Origin: Xylographa opegraphella
Lineage: Eukaryota
DNA length: 64,000 nt
Assembly: GCA_022813865.1 (NCBI GenBank)
Contig: JALDZX010000011.1
Span: 434,001-498,000, forward strand
Reading direction: 5' to 3'
Part shown: piece after piece, positions 1-11,195 of the stretch
Position numbering within the stretch: position 1 is the first letter of the stretch
Layout: each line of letters starts with the position of its first letter
Made by a program: the position numbers and the translations under genes
Notes under the pieces: model-generated
Told to the model about the DNA's origin: nothing
What the model saw: the letters and a program-made list of their open reading frames with translations, nothing else
The model's database searches: none

Positions 1-1274
1 TCCAAGTCCTCTTCACCCCTCGCAGCTTTCACTTCATTCCTGTAGTCATCCATCATGGTCTTGCCATGAATGCGTAAGAGACTGACTGGACAATAATATT
101 CGTTGCCGTAATGGGTCAAGAACTCGATTCGTAAATATCGAGACCAAATGAGTGGATTCTCTACCATAAAAGCTTGCACATCTCGTGAATTTCTAGCTTC
201 AAATGTGCCGAGCTCCCGCCACTTCTCCATCTTCACTGGATATCTATCGGAAACACTGACACGAAACGTCCTAAACGTTGAGCTGAAAAACTCAAAATTC
301 CCTAGTACGACGGTATCAATCAGAATGTCGTTGCACAATTCCACAATGAAATATTTGTTCTTCGCCGAACACAGATTGAGCATATAGCTATCCTTGTTCT
401 CGACAAGTACAGAGGTAGATCCTTTGCATTCCGGGTTCGTCTTCAGAACCGTAGCAGCGCAATCAAAAGATGCATAATTGAAACGCTCTTTGCACGTTGT
501 ACCAGCATCTTTGCTTCTCTTATCAGAATCTTTTTTCACCCCTACATCATTGTTTTGGTCCACCTCGATGCTGGCCGAGCCATGTGTGGTGGTCGATGAA
601 GCACCAGGAACAGTATCGGATGATACGAAGCCACTAAAGTCGAGCTCGATTTCGGCATCTTCCCCTAGTGAGTCCAACGCATCGTTTATGTTACCCGGCC
701 GTCGCCGTGACTCTGTGCCAACCTTATTGCTTCCTAGGTGTTCAGGATTCTGCCCGGCCTTGCTCAGCATTTGAGACTTCCATTCTTCGAATGACAAAAA
801 GTTCGCATTGTCTGATAAGGGATCGCCCTCGACATCCACAACCGTTCCCGATGAGGTTGTTGAAGCCTCCGGCGTCTGCGAAGTACTCAAAGTATCTGGC
901 AAAGGTACCGAGGCTCCTGTGACAGCAGTAATAATCGTATCGGTAGTGGCTAGCTGTTTCTCATTATTTGTGGGCTCAGTCTTGGTCGATCGTTCATTAC
1001 TAGATTTCTGAATGGGTCTGTAGTCGGAAGCAGTTATGGAAAGCGCCGAAGCAGTTGTAGTAGAGGTGGTTTCGCTTGCCCAGCTCGTTCTAAGGCACTG
1101 CTGTGGCAAAGTTTGTGTGATATAGTTGATTGTGCGAAAGGGGCATGTTGAAGCATTAGGGGTAGTTGATACAGACGAAGTTCTTGATGTTGTACTACCA
1201 AGCAATAGTGAGAGACATAGTATATAGTACGTTAGAATGCTACTTGCTCGAGATATTAGTACAGGCCTGCGCAT
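1..1274 (-). CDS. SLP1: Mid-SUN (Sad1/UNC-84) domain ER/nuclear-envelope protein Slp1, 3' partial (runs off the left edge)
   Basis: Manual translation from ATG 1274: hydrophobic leader, TCPFRTINYITQTLPQQC, then the SUN domain KERFNYASFDCAATVLKTNPECKG...DSYMLN...IVELCNDILIDTVVLGNFEFFSS...RYLRIEFLTHYGNEYYCPVSLLRIHG. Absent from the ORF track because there is no stop inside the window. Confidence 0.9.
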   Translation of the reverse strand, partial: MRRPVLISRASSILTYYILCLSLLLGSTTSRTSSVSTTPNASTCPFRTINYITQTLPQQCLRTSWASETTSTTTASALSITASDYRPIQKSSNERSTKTEPTNNEKQLATTDTIITAVTGASVPLPDTLSTSQTPEASTTSSGTVVDVEGDPLSDNANFLSFEEWKSQMLSKAGQNPEHLGSNKVGTESRRRPGNINDALDSLGEDAEIELDFSGFVSSDTVPGASSTTTHGSASIEVDQNNDVGVKKDSDKRSKDAGTTCKERFNYASFDCAATVLKTNPECKGSTSVLVENKDSYMLNLCSAKNKYFIVELCNDILIDTVVLGNFEFFSSTFRTFRVSVSDRYPVKMEKWRELGTFEARNSRDVQAFMVENPLIWSRYLRIEFLTHYGNEYYCPVSLLRIHGKTMMDDYRNEVKAARGEEDL

Positions 1275-1624
1275 CCTTCATATTTGAGCGACCGGCATCA
1301 CATCTGCTGGACGTATTCGGCGCACGCTCGAAATCGGAGAAGAACACCGTTGTTGTTTGGAGAAGCCACTTTCCAGCCAATCATTGATGATCCTATCACG
1401 AACCAGTGACCACCCTACCTTAGCTAGCGACGGGACTTAGCTTCTCGGGTGTGGACAATCTTGGCTGCGGATGACGCTTCGACAGGGATCATTATCAATC
1501 TTCGGTTTCTCTCTATACGAAGTATCTTGACTCATTGGACTCTTCGTAATACTGTAAGTTTGCGATTACACCAGGATCGATTTTGATTAGAAGACGATAA
1601 ATTAATCAACAAGCGACGTTCGGA

Positions 1625-3637
1625 ATGGTGCTCGCAAAGTCTAAGAATGCGGTCGGGCTGGGTAATAGTCTCATGAATGACCGTTTCGGTAGAGGGAAAG
1701 GTGCAGACCGGAAGAAGGTCTCTGCAGGTATCCATAGAACTGGAGTTGGCGGCGAAACCGTGAGGAGAACGTGCTTCCATTCCAGTGACTCTAATTGCTA
1801 ATAATTCAAGTATGTTACAAACGCCCCGAAGGAAGCTTCGTGGGTCAAAATGCGGAGTGTCACCGAGCAGGGCGCGCTTGATGAGTTCCTTAGCACTGCA
1901 GAACTGGCTGGGACGGACTTCACGGCGGAGAAATTGAATAATGTAAAAATAATACATACCGACCAGCGCAATCCCTACCTGCTATCCGCCCAAGAGGAAA
2001 GATCGACCATTCGAAAACAAGTCGCCAACAAGAACCGTCTGACTGTACCGAGAAGACCACCGTGGGATGATACAACTACGCCGCAAGAACTCGATACGAG
2101 GGAAAGGGCAAGCCTGCTAGAATGGAGACGGGGATTGGCGGAACTGCAGGAAAATGACGATCTACTCATGACGCCTTTCGAGAGAAACCTGGAAGTTTGG
2201 CGGCAACTGTGGCGAGTCATCGAGAGATCGGATCTCGTCGTACAGATCGTAGATGCTCGAAACCCTCTGCTTTTCAGGTCAGAAGATTTGGAGAAATATG
2301 TTAAAGAGGTGGACCCAAAGAAGAACAACCTATTACTAGTAAACAAGGCGGACATGATGACTTTACCCCAGCGAGAAGCCTGGGCGGATTACTTCAAACA
2401 TGCCGAAATAAATTATACTTTCTTCTCCGCTTCATTGGCAAAAGAACAGAATGAATCTAGAGAGCTTGAAGATGAGCAAGAGCAGGGCGAACCTCAGTCT
2501 ATAGAGGAAGAGTACAAAAGCGCTGACGCATTAGCAATTGCTGCCAAGATCGATCTGGAGGAGGACAAGGACAACCAAGAGCAATGGGCGAGCGAGGAGG
2601 AGTTAGATATAGAGGATGATAGGACCAGAATTTTGACAGTTGATGAACTTGAAGCTTTGTTTCTAGAGAAAGCTCCGAAAATCGACTTTGCAGATGGAGA
2701 AGCTCCGCGGAAGACACAGATCGGCCTGGTCGGATATCCAAATGTTGGGAAATCATCCACAATCAACGCTCTTATCGGAGCAAAGAAAGTCTCGGTATCT
2801 TCGACTCCCGGCAAGACGAAGCACTTTCAGACCATCCATCTCAGCCCAGATGTCATCTTATGCGATTGCCCGGGGCTTGTGTTTCCAAATTTTGCCACAA
2901 CTAAGGCTGAACTTGTATGCAGCGGTATTTTACCAATCGATCAACTTCGAGAGTTCACTGGACCTGCAGGTCTAGTTGCCCGAAGAATCCCACAAGCTTT
3001 CTTCGAGGCTCTCTATGGCATTAAAGTTCACAAGCGACCGCTAGAAGAAGGTGGGACCGGCGTCCCCACCGCAGAAGAGATCCTCATTGCCTACGCTGTT
3101 GCCAGAGGGTTTGCAAAAACTGGTCAGGGGCAACCTGACGAGTCTAGAGCCGCACGATACATTCTCAAAGACTATGTTAACGGAAAACTACTCTTCTGTC
3201 ATCCACCTCCTCACGATCCTCCTATTGATGGCTTGGAGTTCAACCGGCAGCTATATCAAGTCAACAATCTTCCACAGAAGAGACAAGCCTTCCTCACGGC
3301 TCACGCTGAAGATTTGACGACGGAGGAGAACGAATCTTCGGTGACGGAAACTGATGGGTTACCTCTGCAACTTGTCCCAGGGGCCAAGACCACGAGACTT
3401 GATCAACGATTTTTTGGGCCTGGTCAAAGCAATGCGGGTCACCTCACCATGCCTTTCAACCATAAATACAGTGAGCAAGGAATAGCTTCAGGACGACAGC
3501 TCACCGGACGGAAACAGCGTACTATGATTGCATTGGAAAAGAACATCGATCCTGCTGACGTCAGATTAAGTAATGGGAAGAAGCACTACAAGGGAGTGCG
3601 GAAGAACATTAAATCCACAGTTCAAGAGGATATCTAA
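1625..3637 (+). CDS. LSG1: Large-subunit GTPase 1 (circularly permuted GTPase, 60S maturation)
   Basis: Exon 1625-1759 (MVLAKSKNAVGLGNSLMNDRFG), GT-AG intron 1760-1810, exon 1811-3637. Motifs FERNLEVWRQLWRVIERSD, NKAD (G4) preceding GYPNVGKSS (G1), PGKTKHFQT and DCPG. Confidence 0.97.
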
Positions 3638-5650
3638 GTCGCTGGGAAAAACTCCACCCGAGATATTCTACGATTTGAAGCCTTTGAGCTGTCAATAACC
3701 TGTATCATGATAATTCTGTTGCGAGCTAGTGCGTAGGAAGTCACGAATCTCGGCTAGTTCATGAATGCGGTGGACCGCTTTATCAATCATCGAAGACAGA
3801 CGCACATGACCATGTCGCTAGGAGAAGGCGGCAATATGGACGGCTTCCGTTGTTCGAAATAAAATGCGTAAGAGACGTTTCATGCAACTTGCTGATCACA
3901 CACACACATGCCTTGTAATGAAAGGTATGCTGTGCCGAAGGAGCACGTTTGACATAGACCTCTGTACACGATAGCCATCATCGCAAATAATGAGGCACTC
4001 TGTTTATATGAACTGCACCGCAATCCCTGCTACAGACTTCCCCGGGTGGCTTGTGTTTATTTCTCAACCGGCTACCATTCACACTAACACGTTTCAAATA
4101 CTACTTTGCTATCAGGCAAGACTCCGCTCAGTCCGCCATGGTTCCTCAAGTAGTTCAAAATACCCCCCATCCACGATGCGTGCGGTGCGAGACTTTCGCA
4201 TTCGGTAGAATCGGATCAGCCAAGGTGAGAGAGCATGATTGTAGGAGGAAGGCGTGCTGAAACGGAAAGCAGCCGCCCGTTTCTGCTTCACTTCATGCCC
4301 TCCTCCTCACAATTGATCGCCACTCATATGGACGTCATTCACGAGCCGGGAGGCGGCAGCCCTCACGTTAGAAACAGCCACTGTGCCAAAGGAAGCGTTG
4401 TGAACCGGAATCGGTTTCTTCGGCGGTAATGGTCTGTCGAGATAAGTCATGCCGTCTTTCCCCCCCCTAATGATCCCTGCACAAACAAATTCATGTCGTT
4501 CGTGGGAAGGGCGCCGCCAATTGCCTCATTAAGCTTTGACGTGTTCATTCACGGTGGCTCAAGGCAACTTCACAGGTGGAACTAGTCTCCAGAATAGGAT
4601 CATTCGGGATGAACGACAGACATAACAGCAACAACGAACAACGAACAACAAACATAACAAAAGTGCGTTGAAGTTTTCGACGTTGGTGTGCCGAGTGTAA
4701 ATCGTGCCGGAGCCGGTAATGGGGGTGGACCGGTGGTGAATAGGGAGGATGGGAAGGATCGGGGGCGATGGGGGATGATGGGGGCCGTAACTTACCACGT
4801 ACAATGGAGCATGGTGCGCGTCACGGCCATCGACTACGTTCTTTAGTGAAACAATGGTCTAGCCGCAGATCCCCACCAGTCAAGACGATTTCCCGCCTTT
4901 GATTGGGCGTGCAGCCAAATTCATGCCGCCCCAGAGGTCAGCCAAGCACGACACCGTGCACCCGCTGGCTGACTGGACTGATGACCCTCTCCACTGGCGG
5001 CCGACTCGGCTTTATGTTGGAGAGCTGGACGGAAGGCTTCCACCACCACCACCACCATCGATGTTGTAACTCTACTGCTCCTCCTTATCGTGCCTGTGGG
5101 ACACCGTGTCGGCGACGGCGGCCATAACGTCGACGTGGACGAATCTGGAGAACCAGGCTACCTTATCTCAATCTGTTCCTACGCCCACGCTCCCCAACTA
5201 AAAAGAGGCATTCACTTTCATTTCACCGTCGTCACACAAGGCCTCGGTCGCACAGTCACAGCACAAAGACTCCACGCATCGTCCACTTTGTCTTGGTTCA
5301 GCTTTGAGCTTTTTGTTTCATCGGCATCTTTGAGAGACTCCCCTTCGGAGTCTGTCTGAGTCTTCTGGTCGCCAATATCTTCGTTTCACTTCTACTAGAC
5401 TGGATACACTGCCGAGCCTGACAGCATCCAACTCACTGCCACGCTCTCGTCGTCTCGTTGCTTCCATACTCACCACGAGACGGCCACTGTTAGAGCAATC
5501 CCCAACGTTCGTTCCGACCGTTTGGATCGGATCTTCACCGCCGTCACCAAAAGGATCCTCGATCTACCAACAGCAGACGTCACTTGCGTCGCTGACGTGG
5601 TCAATATCCCGATCGCGACCTCTTATACTTATCTACGACTACGATCTTAT

Positions 5651-5678
5651 CCTTACCTATCCTTACCTATCCTTACCT
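5651..5678 (+). repeat. CCTTACCTAT tandem repeat (about 2.8 copies) upstream of STE11
   Basis: ccttacctat ccttacctat ccttacct read directly. Confidence 0.7.
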
Positions 5679-5777
5679 CTCCTGCCAGACTTCGAGCGTG
5701 TGGATCCTCGGCTTCTCGTTGCCCGATGACCGAGGCATAGAATACACTGCGCAAGGGGAGATCTATAGGTGGCAGCC

Positions 5778-8734
5778 ATGACAATGCTGGCGCACAAAGC
5801 GTCGTTCCCAGCCTCTATGGGTATGGGACCGACGCAGATTCCGTCGACGAGGGACTACACCTCAGCTCCACAAACTCATAGGACACCAGTAATTGCAAAC
5901 CAGCAGACCGGCCCCTTTGCAAGTCCCACAGAGTCCGAATTCTCGGAACATTCGGAAGTTTCTATATCTGTTCGGTAAGTCGGCAGCAACCAGGAGCATT
6001 TTGCCCGTCAGAACTCCAAGCATCGATGCATTGCTGACAATGGTAACAGGAACTGGGATGAGAAACAGGTTGGTGATTGGCTAAGAAGCATTAACTGCGG
6101 CCAGTACGAGCAACTTTTCAAGGGTGAGCGCCTTCATTCTATACAATGCGAGATAGCATGCTAATTGCAATTCCAGTCAATAACGTCAATGGAAGCAATC
6201 TTATCGAATGTGACCAAGGTGTGCTCAAGGAGCTAGGCATCAAGAAAATCGGGGATCGTGTGCGAATCTATGTGGGCATTAAAGCTCTTAGGAACAAGGC
6301 CGTTGGAAATCACAAGAAACGTAACCGAGAATCGATTGCCGCCCTCGATAATCGTACGATATATACACCCTCCTCGTCAGACTCTCCAAAACCCTTCCAT
6401 CCTGCAAGAGATCGTGCTCAGATGAACCGACGGATCTCCAAATATGCCGACTCCTCCCTTGACAGCTACCACACCGCCAATTCGAATGTCAGGCCAAGCT
6501 CGCCACTTGCTGAATCAGACAGTCGCATACGAGCTCATCGTTATGGAGGTGCTAGCCCCATGGAAAATCCACGACGGGAACAATCCCAAGGATATTTCAG
6601 TAATCCAACCTCCGCCAAGACCGTTTCTGGTCGTCGCCCTGAGACACCTATTGATTCTGCGCCGGCTACCAAAATATCCAGCACATCAGGTCGTTCGAAT
6701 CTCAGTATGGATTCGACCGTGGGCAAACTGCCGGTGGGACAGCCCGTGATTAGGGTCATCTATAACAGCGGACAGACCAAAGCTCTCAACATCGGAGGCT
6801 GTAAAACAGCAGAGGATATTGTCCTGACTGTATTACGAAAACTCGGTCTGCCGGAAAACCATGTGAAGAATTACTGCTTCTACATATTAGACGGTGTAGA
6901 CCAGGACCCGAACAATTGCCGCCGACTCTCCGAAGCCGAGCTTACTCGGGTTTGCTTTGATACCACTAGGCTTGAGAGGGGTCGCTTGATTTTACGAAAG
7001 ATCCACGCTGGAGAACCGAACGTGGAAGAACTCCGCAAAGCAGCTGGGATCTCTCTGGAAGAGCTTAATGACACCCACCAGACAGCTATAGCTGCCAACA
7101 GCAGTCGTAACCAACACAAAATACAGAAGCTAACTGGCGAATCTTGGGATTCTGTAAGATACCCACTATCGCCGGCCACATTTGCTGCTCCACTCCGAGC
7201 TCCTCCGACGGCTGCTGACCGTCAGTACTCTACGGGTACGGAAGCCGCGCATGATACCCAGCTCCCGAAAAGGAGCGACTCTCGTCGTGCTCCCAGACCA
7301 GTGAAGCAATTCCAAGGTCCTCGCCCTGCTAGTGAACTCATTAGCCAGGAGTTAACAACTTACTTCCCGGATCATAAGAGAGATGACATTGAAAGGACGG
7401 TAAGCATGTCACAACGGAGATCAGCGCGACTTAGCAGAGCACAGAGTCGGTTGAGTATAGCTAGCAATGTTAGCTTTGCGTCAAGCCTGCGCGACGCCCC
7501 TCCGCTACCTAGTATCGCCGACACATGGCTGACAGGGGCAACGCAACCCGGTCGCGGACCTCGACCTTTGTCCGTGTCGAGGTATGCCCTTCCAAATGCG
7601 TCCTTTAGAGATTCAATCATATCCACCTCCTTGCAACCACTCCGAGAAGAATCTCCAACGGAACCAAACAGGAAATCTTATGTCTCATTTGAGAGTGGTT
7701 CAGATACACCTGCAGTCAATGTTACAGATTCCGATGGCCAAACAACGTTACAAAGCTATTACGGCGAATCCGGTAGCAGTGGCTCCACGACAGAAGCAGG
7801 TGACTCAATGAACGAGCAATACCGGCACGCCATCGCTGAAGACGGAGAAGAACCCGACGAAGAGCTTGACCAATTCCTGAAGGGAGATTCATGGGATGGA
7901 GTTAAATGGATGCAAGGCTCACTTATAGGCCAAGGATCATTCGGGAGCGTCTATCTTGCGCTTCATGCTATTACCGGCGAGCTGATGGCCGTCAAACAAG
8001 TTGATATGCCATCCAAGAGCAACAGCGACATTGATAAGAGGAAGGAAGTGATGGTTGCCGCTTTAAAGAGAGAAATCGATCTTCTTCGTGATCTACAACA
8101 CCCACATATTGTGCAGTATCTCGGATCCAATTCTGATGATGAACACTTCAACATTTTCCTGGAGTACGTTCCAGGTGGTTCTGTAGCGGCAATGCTCAAT
8201 ACCTACGGACACCTACAAGAACCACTGATCCGAAACTTTGTCCGCCAGATCTTGGACGGCTTATCCTATCTTCATGGGCAAGACATCATCCATCGTGACA
8301 TCAAAGGTGCAAATGTCCTTGTTGACAACAAGGGAAACATTAAAATTTCTGATTTCGGTATCTCCAAGCGCGTTGAGGCTTCAGCATTATTGCACCCAGC
8401 GAAAGGCGGACATGTCCATCGCCCTTCGCTGCAGGGTTCTGTCTTCTGGATGGCCCCCGAAGTTGTCAAGCAGACATCCTACACACGCAAAGCGGATATC
8501 TGGTCTCTCGGTTGCTTAATCGTGGAGATGTTCACGGGCACTCATCCTTTCCCCAACTGCTCCCAACTGCAGGCCATTTTTCAGATCGGTGGTTCGGGGG
8601 CAAAGCCCAGCACGCCTGAGAACGCGAGTGAGGAGGGCAAAACTTTTTTGAAACAAACCTTTGAGATCGATCATGAGAAGCGGCCCAGTGCTGACGAGTT
8701 GTTGTTGAGTCCGTTTTTGAAGCAAATCGCATAA
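5778..8734 (+). CDS. STE11: MAP kinase kinase kinase Ste11/SteC (SAM, Ras-association and kinase domains)
   Basis: Exons 5778-5974, 6050-6123 and 6177-8734. SAM domain NWDEKQVGDWLRSINCGQY...LKELGIKKIGDRVRI; RA domain IRVIYNSGQTKALNI; kinase motifs IGQGSFGSV, MAVKQV, HRDIKGANVL, DFG and SLQGSVFWMAPE. Confidence 0.96.
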
Positions 8735-9322
8735 CTACAGTAATGAGATGTAAGAGTTGTGGACAGAATAGCCGACGGAAAGATGCTCTTGTCACTTTGC
8801 TTCAAAAGTGCTTTGTTGCTAAAGATCTTGTATGCACATGCTGGTGGTAGTAAGAGGAGCTTTGCTTTGGTATGCGAGCCATGACTTTGCAGAAATGCAA
8901 CATTTTGAAAGCTGGTTCGTCGAACGGACCACGATTTTGCTGTTATGGTGATGACAAGATAGAAGACGATGCATGTTATGTCTTGTTTCCAATAGTTACT
9001 CTATTCTTACAGATGTACACTATCCAAGATAGCCTTCCAGCTCAATTCAGCAATAACGAACTTATTCATATACATTTTCTTACACGTAGTGTTGAAGTAA
9101 ACCCCATACTGACCTCTGTAAAGTATACGAATACTTTAACCAAGCCTTCGTCGCCACTATAACAGTTGCTCCGTATGAGACATCCGCACTATCAGAAAAG
9201 CTGAGATCTTTTCGGGCTAGTCGAAAAAGGTAGGCGCGTAATCCGCAGTACCACTAGTAAATACACGACACTTGAAACCTCGAAGCTTTCCAGCTCAATT
9301 ACATTCTATCAACCACAGCACC

Positions 9323-10695
9323 ATGGCTGTCCAGCAGCTGCCACTACGGCTACGGCCTCTGAGCAGTGTAATCAGGCACCAAGCCATGCCGCATATACGC
9401 TTTCAAACCCACAGATCGGCTTCGACCGTCTCGGAACCTCCTCCCTCCTCCCTCCCCACCTCGACACCACCATCGACCTCGTCTTTCCCAACGGATACAT
9501 CCGACACCTTCTCCTCCCACAATAGTCCATTCCCTACCCCATCTCAAATCGCCTCCTACGACCCTCTCGCCGGCTCCCGTGCCCGCAAAACCGAGCTTCC
9601 CCCTTCGCGGTACGAACCTCTCTCTCTTCTCCCCTTCCATCCCCTTGCAACCACCCACTAACCCCCCAACCCAGCTACCGCTTCCGCCCACCAAGATACG
9701 ACCGCGGTCCCCTACACCCACACCGCCCACCGCCCGCCTCCTCCCCCGACTCGCGCCTCTTCCACCCAGGCCCCTTCTCCCTCCCACGCTTCGCCCAAAC
9801 CTACACCTCCACCCTCCGCCCGGACCTCATGACGCTCCGCTACACACACATCCCGCCTGGTACGCCGCAATTGCCCACTCCGCAGCGTCTCCGCGCATGG
9901 GACGCCTCCTCGCCCTACTACGCCAACCGGCCGCTGCGCAAACCGCGCGGCACACCTCATCTACCGCTGCTGGCGGCGCCGATCACGTACCGCAACGTGC
10001 CGGCGGTGTCGCGCATCACGGTCGCGGCCATCGTGCGCGAGGCGGCCGACAACAGCGCCTACTTGCACGTCGCGGGCATGGTGCTGCAGGCCATGACGGG
10101 CCGTCGCGCGCAGGTGCATTTCGCGCGCAAGAGCCAGGTCGTCGGTCGCGGGACGTTCACTCAGAAGGCTGGGAAGTCCATCGCTGTGAGCGTGCAGGTC
10201 GAGGGCGAGGCTATGTGGCATCTGCTTGGGACGCTGGTCGAGTTGGTGGGGCCGGGCATTAAGGAGTGGAGGGGCTTGAAGGGTAGTAGTGGGGACGGGG
10301 CGGGTAATCTAGGCTTGGGTCTGAGTGAGGAGGTCGTGGGCGCGTGGCCGGAGGTGGAGGTCAATTACGATCGGTACGTTGGCGAGAATTTTGCTATATT
10401 TTTTTTTTAACCTGGCGTTTTGGTGCTTTGCGGGTTTCCGTGTGGGTGAGGGCTGCGAGGCAGTAATGGCAGGCAAATTGAGCGGGAATATGTCCCACCG
10501 CTTTGATGGGCGGATCCCATGCGGCGCTTTGTCTCAAGGGGCCGAGAGCATGTTGCTGACTCTGATGCTAGGTATCCCCCGAAGATGATCCCGGGCGTGG
10601 ACATTATCATCCACACGACGGCGACGAATGACCGCGACGCGCGGCTACTGCTCAGCGGGACGGGGCTGCCCTTCTACGGGAAGCATCGGAACTAG
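9323..10695 (+). CDS. MRPL7: Mitochondrial large ribosomal subunit protein uL5m
   Basis: Exons 9323-9609, 9675-10373 and 10572-10695. Presequence-like N-terminus, RYRFRPPRYDRGPLHPH, LKGSSGDGAGNLGLGL, PEVEVNYDRYPPKMIPGVDIIIHTTATNDRDARLLLSGTGLPFYGK. Confidence 0.92.
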
Positions 10696-11195
10696 GGCCG
10701 GGCGGTCGACAGAGGGAATTGTAATGTCACGTGTGGAAGAACTCGATTCGATACCGGGGAAATGGAGTGGTAGCGCGGATGGCGGATCGATGCTGTCAGA
10801 TTGTCCAAATCGCATTGCGAAGCTCACGTCGAAGCGCATCACACACACTTCGTAAATGGGCGGATTAGTGTTTTTCCTGCATACTGGTAGACTAGAAGGT
10901 GAATGTGTAGGTTCAACTACAACATCTACGACGCGCTGTCTGATCGTTATGCTATGTATGTATATATGTCACCCGCCGCCACCTTCAGACAGAGTAATAT
11001 ACAACGCGGCGCGAACCCGGGTATATATAGATGTGGGTTGCGCTCATGACCCGAAGAAACTCCCTCCCGAGGCCCCTCCCGCTTCGAAGGCTAATCTAGT
11101 AGTATACTGAAATGAAACGCCGGGTCTTCACCATGCGCAGAAAACTGAAAGCTGTGCCAACGGAAAGTCGGCTCCCCCGCTTGCCGAAGCAGCAG

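Noticed and set aside
148..1011. Plus-strand ORFs at the left edge, and similar shadow ORFs elsewhere in the track
   Set aside because: They are antisense or alternative-frame shadows of real genes (here SLP1).
3640..5770. 2.1-kb gap examined for telomerase RNA or small genes
   Set aside because: No TAACCCTAA-type template seen. The short ORFs are low-complexity, and the region is best explained as the STE11 promoter and long 5'UTR.
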